Shown: piece after piece, positions 1-8,645 of the stretch
Layout: each line of letters begins with the position of its first letter
Position numbering within the stretch: position 1 is the first letter of the stretch
Origin: a virus
Length of the DNA: 64,000 nucleotides
Strand: one strand, 5' to 3'
IMG/VR virus record: IMGVR_UViG_3300028800_000059
Location: 1 to 64,000 of that record
Position numbers and translations under genes: made by a program
The notes under the pieces: generated by a model
What the model saw: the letters and a program-made list of their open reading frames with translations, nothing else
What the model was told of the DNA's origin: nothing
The model's database searches: none

Positions 1-146
1 GCATTAGGAAAGGACCTGTTTGTTTTAGTATAGAAGGCTGTTTGATAATGGGCCTTTTGGCGTTTTTCTAAGGAACCAGAGGTGAAGCCAATATAGGCTT
101 TGCCGTTGATAGTATTTGTGGCTCTATATATTGTCGCAATTTTCAT
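1..146 (-). CDS. GIY-YIG homing endonuclease, N-terminal part (runs off the window start)
   Basis: Manual translation MKIATIYRATNTINGKAYIGFTSGSLEKRQKAH has the IY..YIG motif; TAAATA late-promoter core just upstream. Confidence 0.8.
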   Translation of the reverse strand, partial: MKIATIYRATNTINGKAYIGFTSGSLEKRQKAHYQTAFYTKTNRSFPN

Positions 147-171
147 TTCGAATTATTTAGTCAAAACAATA

Positions 172-1245
172 TTAAAAACCTTGAAGAATTCTGGATTTTG
201 TCATTATCTCAATTTCCTGGAACTGCATTTGCAATCTGGTGATTACCGGAGCACCGTCCGAATACGTCGCCCATTGGCCCGTCGCCGCATAATCCACGAA
301 GAAATTGGTCATGACACAGGTGGAAATCTGATGAATGTTTGAATTGATCTGCCCATTGTGTATGAATTGAATGTCGAATTGCGAAGGTGGTATGAAATAG
401 CGCCCGACGAAGCCCGATGCGACCTCGGGAGCCTGATGAAACTTGAACAGGGTAATGATGTTCTGGATGATTGCCGCTTCGGCAGCGTTATTTGGTGCCA
501 GCAGGAAATCAAACTGAAACGTTCTAAGGTCTACTCCGCGGAAGATTACCTGGATTTGAGGGTTCAATGAATACCCAGCGGCAAACAGCGCGACTTGGGA
601 GCCACCGCTGCCTGGTAGAGCCGATCCAGCTTCTTCGGCGGCGACTGGTAGTGAAGCGGCTAGTCCACCTGTCACCTTATCGGACCATACAGTGGAAGCC
701 GCTTTACGAATATCTCCATTCAATATATCTTTGAGGCTGGAAGAACCAGCGAAGGCGGCTAGTTTACCAATATCAGCACCAAAGGCATCGGATAGTCCTG
801 GCGAGTCGTATCCGGCATTATAGGTAACGTTGATGTTGTCTGGCATATAAAGGGCGATGGCTTGTGATATTCGCGAAGTCTTTTGGCCGAATGAGATTGG
901 TTTCGATCCTACAGAACCAAGAGTGCCTATTCCGGATAATTGGTCCCCGGCGGCGTTTTGGAGTTGTTGTGTGAGACCTGAAGTGGCACCTGGCGTCCCT
1001 GAAGGGATTACGGACACTCCTGAAGTTCCTGGGTTGGCCACATAAGCGGAGGAATCTTGGACGTTAATATTAAAGATGATGTAGTGGCCCTTTTGGGGAT
1101 TGGTTCCAAGGTCTGGTGGGAACTTTGCGGACGAGAAATCATAGGAAGACGAGTCTAGTGCGGCTAGTGGACCTGCACCGGCACCGGCTAGCTTTGCAAC
1201 AGGTGATCCGCCTTGAAATAGATTTTGAAGTGTGATTGCTGCCAT
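172..1245 (-). CDS. gp48: Baseplate tail-tube cap, T4 gp48-like
   Basis: IALYMPDNINVTY and NPQIQVIFRGVDLRTFQFDF...FKFHQAPE...YFIPPSQFDIQF motifs; T4 late promoter upstream. Confidence 0.85.
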   Translation of the reverse strand: MAAITLQNLFQGGSPVAKLAGAGAGPLAALDSSSYDFSSAKFPPDLGTNPQKGHYIIFNINVQDSSAYVANPGTSGVSVIPSGTPGATSGLTQQLQNAAGDQLSGIGTLGSVGSKPISFGQKTSRISQAIALYMPDNINVTYNAGYDSPGLSDAFGADIGKLAAFAGSSSLKDILNGDIRKAASTVWSDKVTGGLAASLPVAAEEAGSALPGSGGSQVALFAAGYSLNPQIQVIFRGVDLRTFQFDFLLAPNNAAEAAIIQNIITLFKFHQAPEVASGFVGRYFIPPSQFDIQFIHNGQINSNIHQISTCVMTNFFVDYAATGQWATYSDGAPVITRLQMQFQEIEIMTKSRILQGF

Positions 1246-1250
1246 GGACT

Positions 1251-1258
1251 TATTTATA
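1251..1258 (-). promoter_or_regulatory. T4-type late promoter TATAAATA for gp48
   Basis: Exact TATAAATA on the minus strand just upstream of the gp48 ATG. Confidence 0.8.
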
Positions 1259-1268
1259 AAATATTCCC

Positions 1269-1520
1269 ATGAAAACGTATCGCCAATTTTTGTTCGAGGC
1301 GCGGATAGAAATCCCTGAAACAGGATATGGTTATTGGATTCTAGGGGATGGAACTATTCGGCGGACCTGGGATCATGCCGGAAGTGCCCGCAAGATGAGC
1401 CACTGGATGGTTTGCGGGTCTACCGCCGCAAGAAAGACAGCGTTATCTTCACGGGCCGTTTTCGTGCCGCCCTCGTAATGGATTGGATACCATTCAAGAG
1501 TGCAGACCGGTTCGCCGTCA
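1269..1520 (+). pseudogene. Disrupted internal head protein with a T4-like capsid-targeting N-terminus
   Basis: Starts MKTYRQFLFEA (T4 capsid-targeting sequence is MKTYQEFIAE); protein-like sequence appears to switch frame near 1395 and runs into a converging gene. Confidence 0.45.
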
Positions 1521-1721
1521 GTCGTATAGACTTGGGTGCGATAGGGCGCGGGTGTTCCAGCTTTCCTCCCATTCTGGCTTGGCGACAAACCACCAGTCGG
1601 ACAGAACACATTTCTTGTTCGTCTCCGGGTGACGCCATTGATGCAAGTGGCGATAGAGCTTTTGTTCACAGAACGGGCACGGCAGCAGCGCCACGTCCTC
1701 GGCCTTGGGCGGGGTGGTCAT
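1518..1721 (-). CDS. Lar (restriction alleviation)-like zinc-finger protein
   Basis: LLPCPFC...WNTRA signature. Confidence 0.55.
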   Translation of the reverse strand: MTTPPKAEDVALLPCPFCEQKLYRHLHQWRHPETNKKCVLSDWWFVAKPEWEESWNTRALSHPSLYD

Positions 1722-1870
1722 GCTTCACCTTTCCAAACTGCGTCTAAATAATCGAGGTCACTTTGCTGCGGGCACCAGCCAAGTCCTATGGCCTCGCACC
1801 GCATCAAAAACAGGTTGAACCGCGTCCGCAGTATCCAATAGCGAACGTGACGGATGCCCCATAAATTCAT
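1718..1870 (-). CDS. Small hypothetical protein (50 aa, absent from ORF track)
   Basis: MNLWGIRHVRYW...KGEA; ATGA overlap with the downstream Lar-like gene. Confidence 0.5.
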   Translation of the reverse strand: MNLWGIRHVRYWILRTRFNLFLMRCEAIGLGWCPQQSDLDYLDAVWKGEA

Positions 1871-1895
1871 CGTCTATTCCTCCGCTGTGCGTGCT

Positions 1896-1994
1896 TCACG
1901 GCCATATCCAGTGGTAAGCGAGGAAGATCAGCAACGCGCCTACAAAAGCCTGTACCCAGTACCGATACCGCTCCACTTTCTTTGCGCGCTTCAT
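1896..1994 (-). CDS. Small membrane peptide
   Basis: MKRAKKVERYRYWVQAFVGALLIFLAYHWIWP; ATGA overlap with the upstream gene. Confidence 0.45.
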   Translation of the reverse strand: MKRAKKVERYRYWVQAFVGALLIFLAYHWIWP

Positions 1995-2359
1995 GGGGCA
2001 TCGAGGGCGGCGGATAGGCGCATCCGGTCCAGCGCACTCCGGTTCCAGCCCTTGAACTTCGGCCCATCCATGCAGGCGTCGTATAGGGCGCACTCACGCC
2101 AGCCCGTTACTTCAGCTTCCAGCCTCTTGGCGCGGGCCTCGGCGGCTTCCAATGCGATCCCACACGCTGCATTTATGTCTATCCACTGATCCACCTTGGC
2201 CGTCACCTCTGCCAGCTTCGCCGTGAGCGCAAGATGTGCGCGGGCTAACTTTTGCACGATGTCAGAAGGCCATGACTGATCATCCCCAGCCTCGGCACAT
2301 CTGACTATATCCTGTGCATATCTTACCACCACCACCTCGGCGCCGTGTTCGCTGGTCAT
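1991..2359 (-). CDS. Hypothetical coiled-coil protein, GC-rich, temperate-phage-like
   Basis: Start chosen at MTSEHG (ATGA overlap); C-terminal KGWNRSALDR module recurs near 4940. Confidence 0.55.
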   Translation of the reverse strand: MTSEHGAEVVVVRYAQDIVRCAEAGDDQSWPSDIVQKLARAHLALTAKLAEVTAKVDQWIDINAACGIALEAAEARAKRLEAEVTGWRECALYDACMDGPKFKGWNRSALDRMRLSAALDAP

Positions 2360-2619
2360 GTGCGCCTCTGGGCGGCCGAGATGTCCTGCGGCACGTTCAA
2401 CTTGCACATTGCATTCTTGCAGGAATTCTTCCCGACGAACCCCGGCTTCAACACGGCCGTCCCCGTCATTTCCTGGACATGCCCACAGGCATCGCAACGA
2501 CACTGGAAGAAACGCTCGTGCCGGCGAGAGACGTTGTACCCGCCTCCGCGACTGTAGGCCATGACCGTGAAGTATCCGAACTTCTTTCCAACCAGATTCT
2601 GATGAACTCCCGTAGGCAT
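2356..2619 (-). CDS. Stand-alone N-terminal domain typical of HNH/AP2 homing endonucleases
   Basis: NLVGKKFGYFTV...FQCRCDACG motif; no nuclease domain follows. Confidence 0.55.
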   Translation of the reverse strand: MPTGVHQNLVGKKFGYFTVMAYSRGGGYNVSRRHERFFQCRCDACGHVQEMTGTAVLKPGFVGKNSCKNAMCKLNVPQDISAAQRRT

Positions 2620-2633
2620 TGGATTACTCCTTT

Positions 2634-2813
2634 TTACGCAGGAACTACGACGGCCGACTTCGCGGCCTTTTTATTGAACATCGCTGACTTGGTGAGTGCG
2701 GCCTGGGCCAGCACGGCAGAGGCGAACTCGGTCGCCCTCTCGCGCTCGGAAGTCCAAACCGTGGACCTCAACCAGAACACATTCCCCTGATGGATCAATC
2801 TGGCGACAAACAT
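2634..2813 (-). CDS. Small hypothetical early protein (59 aa)
   Basis: AGGGAG RBS, MFVARLIHQGNVFW...; first gene after the promoter at 2847. Confidence 0.55.
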   Translation of the reverse strand: MFVARLIHQGNVFWLRSTVWTSERERATEFASAVLAQAALTKSAMFNKKAAKSAVVVPA

Positions 2814-2846
2814 TGGAAACTCCCTAGAACAACAACTTACACTCTG

Positions 2847-2893
2847 AATATAGGGTCGCCGTGGTAAACATACAACAACTATGTTTTAGTTGT
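2847..2893 (-). promoter_or_regulatory. Early sigma70-type promoter with upstream palindrome
   Basis: TTGTAT-17-TATATT; ACAACTA-N5-TAGTTGT just upstream of the -35; near-identical copy at 8646-8692. Confidence 0.7.
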
Positions 2894-3099
2894 GTTTCTT
2901 CCTACCCATACAAGAAGTGGTAGAAATCTATCTTGTAATGGAACAGATACAATGTCGGCTGGATACATGAGACGCATTGGCGGATCAAGAGTGCCGCTGG
3001 TAAACTTCATCATAACATAAAGCTTTCATAGACCCAGATGCCCGTCCAAAACACCCACTGGAGTCCCCAAAACCACTTGTCGAATTTCGATGTCTCTGT

Positions 3100-3330
3100 T
3101 CATCGTTGATGATCCTTATAGGCTACGCAGCCGGGGCACAGTCCGTTTGGCTCGTCCGCTGGATAAACCCCACACTCAGGACAAATCTTGGGGAGGCGTT
3201 TCTTCGGGCGCCTCGCGGCAATTTCTCTGATCTTTGCCATCGTCTTTTCCGATTCTCTGCTCATCCCATCACCACATAAAGAAAGATGTAGAGAACCCCA
3301 CAGAGGAACATCAGCGTGCTTGTAAAACAA
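3100..3330 (-). CDS. Hypothetical protein with C-terminal CxxC...CxxC
   Basis: ORF track; true start probably further downstream. Confidence 0.5.
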   Translation of the reverse strand: MFYKHADVPLWGSLHLSLCGDGMSRESEKTMAKIREIAARRPKKRLPKICPECGVYPADEPNGLCPGCVAYKDHQR

Positions 3331-3707
3331 GAATTGGCCGAATGTAACGTGATCATTTTATTCCTCCAAGGCGTCCAAGCGATTTTGGACGATCTTCTTT
3401 TGGTCGTTTAGCCACTGTGCGAATTCATCATCGTTTGGCTTGTCATAAAAAGCATTTTTGACCATAACCAATGTGTCTTTCAGCGCCGTGAGAGTAATTT
3501 TAAAGGCCTCGTTGTTCATGGATTCATTTCCTTTTTCAATTTGGTGAAGGCAATGGCAGCGCGAACTTGTGCCAACACGGCATGACCATAATTCATCTGG
3601 GCGCCTTGTCGTTTAAGGTAATCAATATAATCCTGTAGGGCGCCTTCGGCACTACAAAGCGCCTCGAACATCAGCTTTTCGTGTTTGGTCATGCCGCGGC
3701 TCTACTT

Positions 3708-3896
3708 TCACGAAACGCCGGGGCAGTTCTTAAATTCACTACCGCCACCAAATCGTTGGACTAGTTTGTTCGCGTTGTCGTCATGGACCACATACATGAA
3801 CCCTGGGCGCGCCATCATCCTCGCCCATCCCATCGCATCGACCAGATTGAAAAACTGTGCCTTCTTCAAACCGGAATTATAGACTGAGTAGCGCAT
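3708..3896 (-). CDS. Hypothetical protein
   Basis: ORF track; RBS present; tight packing. Confidence 0.55.
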   Translation of the reverse strand: MRYSVYNSGLKKAQFFNLVDAMGWARMMARPGFMYVVHDDNANKLVQRFGGGSEFKNCPGVS

Positions 3897-3914
3897 TGTG
3901 TGGATTCCTTTTGG

Positions 3915-4175
3915 TTAGTTGATTTGGAGGCAGTAATGTTCTGGCGACCTTGCCATGCTATCTTGGTATGCTGGATTCGCCTGAGCCTGACTAGCCATAA
4001 TGACATAGGCATTCTCACAGGCATTATACGAACGAAATCCTGGAATTACAAGTCCAGTATTGGCTCCACTATCCAGATGTGCCGTGAAAATTATCACTAG
4101 CGAAAAGAGGATGTTCATCGGCTGACCACGTATTTCTTCATGGCCTTCAACATGGCCCCACGGTAAATTTCCCAA
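3915..4175 (-). CDS. Hypothetical secreted protein
   Basis: Hydrophobic MNILFSLVIIF segment (likely true start) and a Cys pair. Confidence 0.5.
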   Translation of the reverse strand: MGNLPWGHVEGHEEIRGQPMNILFSLVIIFTAHLDSGANTGLVIPGFRSYNACENAYVIMASQAQANPAYQDSMARSPEHYCLQIN

Positions 4176-4372
4176 TTGACAGCAGCCTGATTCATTTCAT
4201 GATCATCGGCAATCCAATGATAGGTGTCCTTCAAAAGCTGTAGGACTTCCGGGAAGTCCTTGTAGTCGGGCTTGTAGGGTTTCTTGGAAGCCATTTTTTC
4301 CTCCTTAGAGCATTGCGACGAATTCAGGACCCGGTGGGATTTGCCTCTTACCCACATCTCCCTACTATTCAA
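4115..4372 (-). CDS. Hypothetical protein
   Basis: ORF track; likely start MASKKP after a GGAG RBS. Confidence 0.5.
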   Translation of the reverse strand: MNSREMWVRGKSHRVLNSSQCSKEEKMASKKPYKPDYKDFPEVLQLLKDTYHWIADDHEMNQAAVNWEIYRGAMLKAMKKYVVSR

Positions 4373-4419
4373 ACACTAGCACAGCCCTGGTAGGAATACA
4401 ACAGTTATTTTGGCGCGCG

Positions 4420-4590
4420 CTACCAGAGCCCAGCCAAGTCTCCAAAGGCCCAGATCGCCAGCGTCGGAATTCCTATGTAGACTGCCAGATACCAGCAGGC
4501 AACAGCGGCAAATATCATGAAGAACCATAGGCCTAATACAAGTAAAAGTAGAAGGCCTAGGACTTTCATCAACCATTCTGTAATAAGCAT
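4420..4590 (-). CDS. Small two-TM membrane protein (56 aa)
   Basis: Manual translation MLITEWLMKVLGLLLLLVLGLWFFMIFAAV...; more plausible than the overlapping track ORF 4376-4576. Confidence 0.55.
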   Translation of the reverse strand: MLITEWLMKVLGLLLLLVLGLWFFMIFAAVACWYLAVYIGIPTLAIWAFGDLAGLW

Positions 4591-4683
4591 CTTGTTATTT
4601 ACCTTTCACTAGATAATCTGGAAATTCTTCGCCCAGATAGGTATAGGAATATTTCTCGTTCGAATGTGTCTTGCACCAATGTG

Positions 4684-4890
4684 TCATAATGACTTCCAGG
4701 ACCATGCATCAATGCCACTGATGCCTTTCAGAGTATAGGATACCACTTCTTCATAATTCTTCCCAAAGGACGTTTGGCAACTGAGCAATCCTAGAATAGG
4801 ATAGTTTTCTGATTTCACGTCCGTGGCGATAATGCGAACAGATTGTCCACTTTTGGTCTTGTAGGTCTTTCCAACTTCTAGTTTTGTCAT
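4684..4890 (-). CDS. Hypothetical phage protein (EVGKTYKT..G..VRIIATD family)
   Basis: Recurrent phage motif; a related N-terminus is at 52093-52569. Confidence 0.55.
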   Translation of the reverse strand: MTKLEVGKTYKTKSGQSVRIIATDVKSENYPILGLLSCQTSFGKNYEEVVSYTLKGISGIDAWSWKSL

Positions 4891-5408
4891 GATGTTTCTC
4901 CTTCAGTAGGGGTTTCAATATATTTCTTTCGGCACCGATCCAACGCACTTCGATTCCATCCCTTGCTCACGGTCACCCCATGCTGCAATGTCACGGCGCA
5001 ACTCTTCCCGCTCAGCGGCGCTCGCCGCTGGTGGGCGGCGTCCCACATGGCGCGCCAGATTTCACGCTCGTGGGTGCCGTAATCCTCATTGGTCCATGTA
5101 GCGGCACCAGCTCGCAACATCGCCCCTGTCGGCTCCCTCGGCACTGCCGGGGCAGGCGCGGAGAGGCGGCGGCCGGCTTCGCGGCCTATCGCTTCTGCCT
5201 GTTCAATGTTCATGCAGGTGATGAATTTCAGCTTCTCTGCCAACTCCGCGTCGCTCATCTGGTTCATGGCTTGCTCTCCGAAAGGCTGCAATCGCATGGC
5301 AGAACGCCCATCGAATGATCGAGCGACTGGCAGTCGATATCGTGCTGCTTTGGCGTCCCCGCCGCGATAGCTGCCGATGCCTTGTTGATGGCCCGTTGCA
5401 AACCACAA
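4887..5408 (-). CDS. Mosaic GC-rich hypothetical protein
   Basis: APAVPREPTGAMLRAG...IWRAMWDAA segment fused to an AT-richer KGWNRSALDR tail. Confidence 0.45.
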   Translation of the reverse strand: MWFATGHQQGIGSYRGGDAKAARYRLPVARSFDGRSAMRLQPFGEQAMNQMSDAELAEKLKFITCMNIEQAEAIGREAGRRLSAPAPAVPREPTGAMLRAGAATWTNEDYGTHEREIWRAMWDAAHQRRAPLSGKSCAVTLQHGVTVSKGWNRSALDRCRKKYIETPTEGETS

Positions 5409-5962
5409 TCGCAGGCATATTCCGACACTTGCTCGATTGTTTGGGTGCAGCCCTTCCTGTGTCGTCCATAATATCTAAGGTCACCCAAGAGAGCGGCGCA
5501 TCGGGCCTCTGATGCCTCGGCGCGGGCTTCCAATGCTTCCACACGTTCCACCTTGTCCATGTCGGAATCGAACGCTCGCTGATGTATGTCGCGCAGTTGT
5601 TCCCTCAGCGCCTCGTTCTCGGCGCGCAGGTGACGGATGGCCTTTTCTGCCGAGTCAAGGTTCGGCAACGGCCCATTGCAATGAGGGCAGGTTTCCGGCT
5701 CTACCGGCGCGGGCTGGGCCGGGGTCATGGATGAACCTCGTAGGCAATCTTCGCTCGTCATTCGTTCCGCAACCTGGCGTGTCAACCTCTCAATTTCGTT
5801 GTATCGGGCTTCACATAGGGCGGCAAGGGCGTTGTGTTCGCTAACGGCTTCCTTGGGCGAAAGCGGATCATCCAGACAAGTGCCTTGAACCAACGGATGA
5901 ATTACTCCCATCAATTCAGTCCACTTTCTTGATAGTCTGTTGTCAGGTTCCATCTTTACCAC
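5264..5962 (-). CDS. GC-rich coiled-coil hypothetical protein (Ea22-like style)
   Basis: First gene after the promoter at 5980; heptad repeats and CxxC motifs. Confidence 0.5.
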   Translation of the reverse strand: MVKMEPDNRLSRKWTELMGVIHPLVQGTCLDDPLSPKEAVSEHNALAALCEARYNEIERLTRQVAERMTSEDCLRGSSMTPAQPAPVEPETCPHCNGPLPNLDSAEKAIRHLRAENEALREQLRDIHQRAFDSDMDKVERVEALEARAEASEARCAALLGDLRYYGRHRKGCTQTIEQVSEYACDCGLQRAINKASAAIAAGTPKQHDIDCQSLDHSMGVLPCDCSLSESKP

Positions 5963-5979
5963 CTTTTAGATTTGACTCA

Positions 5980-6008
5980 AGTGTATCATAGGAACGGCGG
6001 GAGTCCAA
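5980..6008 (-). promoter_or_regulatory. Early sigma70-type promoter
   Basis: TTGGAC-17-TACACT. Confidence 0.65.
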
Positions 6009-6029
6009 GTAGGTATTTTCTTTGTCCTC

Positions 6030-6037
6030 TATAAATA
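6030..6037 (+). promoter_or_regulatory. T4-type late promoter TATAAATA
   Basis: Exact match upstream of the small ORF and gp4. Confidence 0.75.
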
Positions 6038-6044
6038 CATTATC

Positions 6045-6182
6045 ATGGATTGGTTTTATTGGGTCGAAGCTATCGTTGGAATTGTCGTAGTATGTTTTGT
6101 TGCATGGGTTGCTATTCGTGCCAATAAATCAAAAAACCCGGGTGACCACGGTGCCAAATTCGATGGTGAGGCTCTGGGCTAA
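6045..6182 (+). CDS. Small late membrane protein (45 aa)
   Basis: MDWFYWVEAIVGIVVVCFVAWVAIRANK; TAATG overlap with gp4. Confidence 0.6.
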   Translation: MDWFYWVEAIVGIVVVCFVAWVAIRANKSKNPGDHGAKFDGEALG

Positions 6183-6637
6183 TGGCATACAAATCCAAAT
6201 ACAAACCTCAAAATCCTGCCAAGTGCATCAACTGTCGGCTGGACGTTCCAATTCAATGTCGCTCGCTCTGGGAACGCAAACTTGCCGAATGGTGTGACCG
6301 CAATCCTAACATTACCGAATGGGGCTCGGAAACAGTGGTAGTGCCTTATATCTGCCGAACCGATCTAAAACAGCATCGCTACTTCGTGGACTTTCAAATC
6401 ACGTTTACGAACGGACAAACTTTCTTGATCGAAGTCAAACCCGAAAAGGAAACCTCGGAACCTCGGCGGAACAAATCTGGGCGCGTCACTTGGCGCTATA
6501 AGAAAGACCTCATGACGTATATCAAGAATTACTCCAAGTGGGAGTTCGCACGATCCTTTGCAAAAACTAAAGGTTGGATATTTGAAACTTGGACAGAAAA
6601 ACATTTACAAAAATTAGGTCTTAAAATTCTAACATGA
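6182..6637 (+). CDS. gp4: Head completion nuclease, T4 gp4-like (TnsA-like)
   Basis: YKSKYKPQNP.K...RSLWERK...W.SE...VPY...HRYFVDF...IEVKP motif. Confidence 0.9.
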   Translation: MAYKSKYKPQNPAKCINCRLDVPIQCRSLWERKLAEWCDRNPNITEWGSETVVVPYICRTDLKQHRYFVDFQITFTNGQTFLIEVKPEKETSEPRRNKSGRVTWRYKKDLMTYIKNYSKWEFARSFAKTKGWIFETWTEKHLQKLGLKILT

Positions 6638-6688
6638 CAGTTTATCATATTCATCATATCCTTCCTAAATATCGAGGCTTTCTATCCT

Positions 6689-7129
6689 TTAGGCGCCGCC
6701 GTTGTCCTCGTTTCTTTGATCGTCCTTGGCGGCATAATATCCATCGAGCCATTCAAGCGCATCATCCGATTCTTCGGGAAAAGGATTCTGAGCAACTGCC
6801 ATGCCGGCGACATAGGCTTCATATCCTTCTTCAAATTCGTCTGTGCCGAACAGAGTATTATCATTAGCCGGCTCTGATGCTGCAACATCTGAAAATTCAG
6901 CATCATTCGGATAAGCAAAAACCATGTCCACCTGGGCAGCGGCATTGTCCAGAACACCGACCATGAATTCATCGAATTTTTCCTTTGGCAGCAAGGCATA
7001 CGCCACGCCAATACTCGCCACAAGTTCGGCGCCAAATTTAACAGTGGACGCCATGACCAAACGAACTTCGCGTTCCGAAAGCGGATCGAATTCGCTCACG
7101 TCATTTACCTTTACAAAATCTTCAAACAT
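6689..7129 (-). CDS. Acidic protein with C-terminal Rmf/CrpP-like motif
   Basis: EEGYEAYVAG...NPFP...EWLDGY resembles the ribosome modulation factor fold. Confidence 0.45.
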   Translation of the reverse strand: MFEDFVKVNDVSEFDPLSEREVRLVMASTVKFGAELVASIGVAYALLPKEKFDEFMVGVLDNAAAQVDMVFAYPNDAEFSDVAASEPANDNTLFGTDEFEEGYEAYVAGMAVAQNPFPEESDDALEWLDGYYAAKDDQRNEDNGGA

Positions 7130-7167
7130 AGCAAGTTCTCCTTCTCTGTGTGTGTTGGGTTAAGTTG

Positions 7168-8154
7168 TTACTTTCGTTTACGCCAGGCATAAGTAGTATC
7201 AACAATTTCATCCAAATAGGAATGTTTCAATTCCCATTTGGCGTCTTGTATGAAGGCACTTGGATCGGCAACCAAATAAGCCGGATCACCTGAGCGTCTA
7301 AATCTTGACATAAATTTAACGCGCTCACGAGTAAGAGATTCTACCGTATGAATTACTTCACGAACTGAATATCCCTTACCGGTTCCTAAATTATATTTGA
7401 CGTTGGTATTTTCTTTTAGAACATTTAGGACTCGAATATGAGCATCGGCTAAATCTTTAACATGCACAAAATCGCGAATCGCCGTTCCATCAGGAGTCGG
7501 GTAATCACTTCCATTGACTACGAACAAGTTACCATTTAGTGCCGCATCGATCACCACAGGAATCAAATGGGTTTCTGGAAAATGATTTTCGCCTAACCTT
7601 CCCTGTGGATCGCATCCAGCCGCGTTGAAATAGCGCAGCGAGGCACATTTCATTCCGTGTGTCTTGGCGGTACAATCCAACACTCGTTCAAACATTAATT
7701 TGGACACACCATAAGGCGATGCCGGGCGAATGATAGCTGTTTCTGACAAAGGAATGACGGCACCTTCACCATAAAAAATTGCGGCCGATGAAGAAAACAC
7801 AAAATTTTGAACTTTGTTTTCGACACATGCCTTGACCAGATTAATTCCATTGCTCACGTTGTCCTCAAAATATTTCAGAGGGTCCGACATACTTTCTGAA
7901 ACAATAGACGACCCGGCCAAATGAAACACGGTTGTGAAAGGTCCAAAAATTTCAAAAACTCGTCTTAGAGAACCTAGGTTCGATAAATCTCCGGGAAAAT
8001 ATGTTAATCCTGGTATGTTTTGTAATCCAGCCGGCATCATAAGTTTATCGAATACCACAACCTCGACGCTCGGCATCCTACGGTCCATTATTTCAGCGGC
8101 CAAATGGCTGCCAATATATCCAGAACCGCCTACGACTAACCATCTTTCTGCCAT
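7168..8154 (-). CDS. galE: UDP-glucose 4-epimerase
   Basis: GGSGYIGSH NAD motif, FSSSAA, YGVSK (YxxxK), LRYFNAAG, RDFVHV.DLA.AH, YNLGTGKG; start moved to MAERW. Confidence 0.9.
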   Translation of the reverse strand: MAERWLVVGGSGYIGSHLAAEIMDRRMPSVEVVVFDKLMMPAGLQNIPGLTYFPGDLSNLGSLRRVFEIFGPFTTVFHLAGSSIVSESMSDPLKYFEDNVSNGINLVKACVENKVQNFVFSSSAAIFYGEGAVIPLSETAIIRPASPYGVSKLMFERVLDCTAKTHGMKCASLRYFNAAGCDPQGRLGENHFPETHLIPVVIDAALNGNLFVVNGSDYPTPDGTAIRDFVHVKDLADAHIRVLNVLKENTNVKYNLGTGKGYSVREVIHTVESLTRERVKFMSRFRRSGDPAYLVADPSAFIQDAKWELKHSYLDEIVDTTYAWRKRK

Positions 8155-8159
8155 GTTTT

Positions 8160-8327
8160 TTAAAAACTCAGCAGCGCGACTTGCCAAGGCAGGGACGAAT
8201 AAGCAAACCATTCCCACAGCTTGAAGAAACGAGACTTCGATTCCTTGGCAGCGGCTACGTGGGACTTGCGGAACGCTTCGCGCTCCTTTGCCAACTGTTC
8301 ATGCATTGCTTTGACGGCGGCACTCAT
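8160..8327 (-). CDS. Small hypothetical protein (55 aa)
   Basis: GGAG RBS; MSAAVKAMHEQLAKE...; directly upstream of galE. Confidence 0.55.
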   Translation of the reverse strand: MSAAVKAMHEQLAKEREAFRKSHVAAAKESKSRFFKLWEWFAYSSLPWQVALLSF

Positions 8328-8460
8328 TTTTTCTCTCCTTTAATCCTTTTCCAAATCTTCTGGAAAAACTCAACCCATATTTCAATCAAATCAAAAGCAC
8401 TAATCATGATTTAAATCTAGCACACTCTTTCGAAACATCCAAGAACTATTTTTAGCTATG

Positions 8461-8489
8461 GAAACCCCGGGAACTCATCCCGGGGTTTC
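8461..8489. terminator. Stem-loop, probable intrinsic terminator
   Basis: GAAACCCCGGGA-ACTCA-TCCCGGGGTTTC, 12-bp perfect stem. Confidence 0.6.
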
Positions 8490-8645
8490 TCGGAGGGGAA
8501 ACAAAACTACTTCGTCCACATAGACTTTCTCCCGACTCATTGACCCAGATTTTCACGGCACTGCCTACGTTTTCCGTTTTCAACAAGCGATTTTCTAGCG
8601 CCTCATGGGACCTTCTCCCTCTCTCTCAATCAAACCAACAAAAGA

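Noticed and set aside
1269-5962. Diversity-generating retroelement or retron behind the duplicated KGWNRSALDR module
   Set aside because: No reverse transcriptase in the window; differences between the copies are synonymous and not adenine-specific
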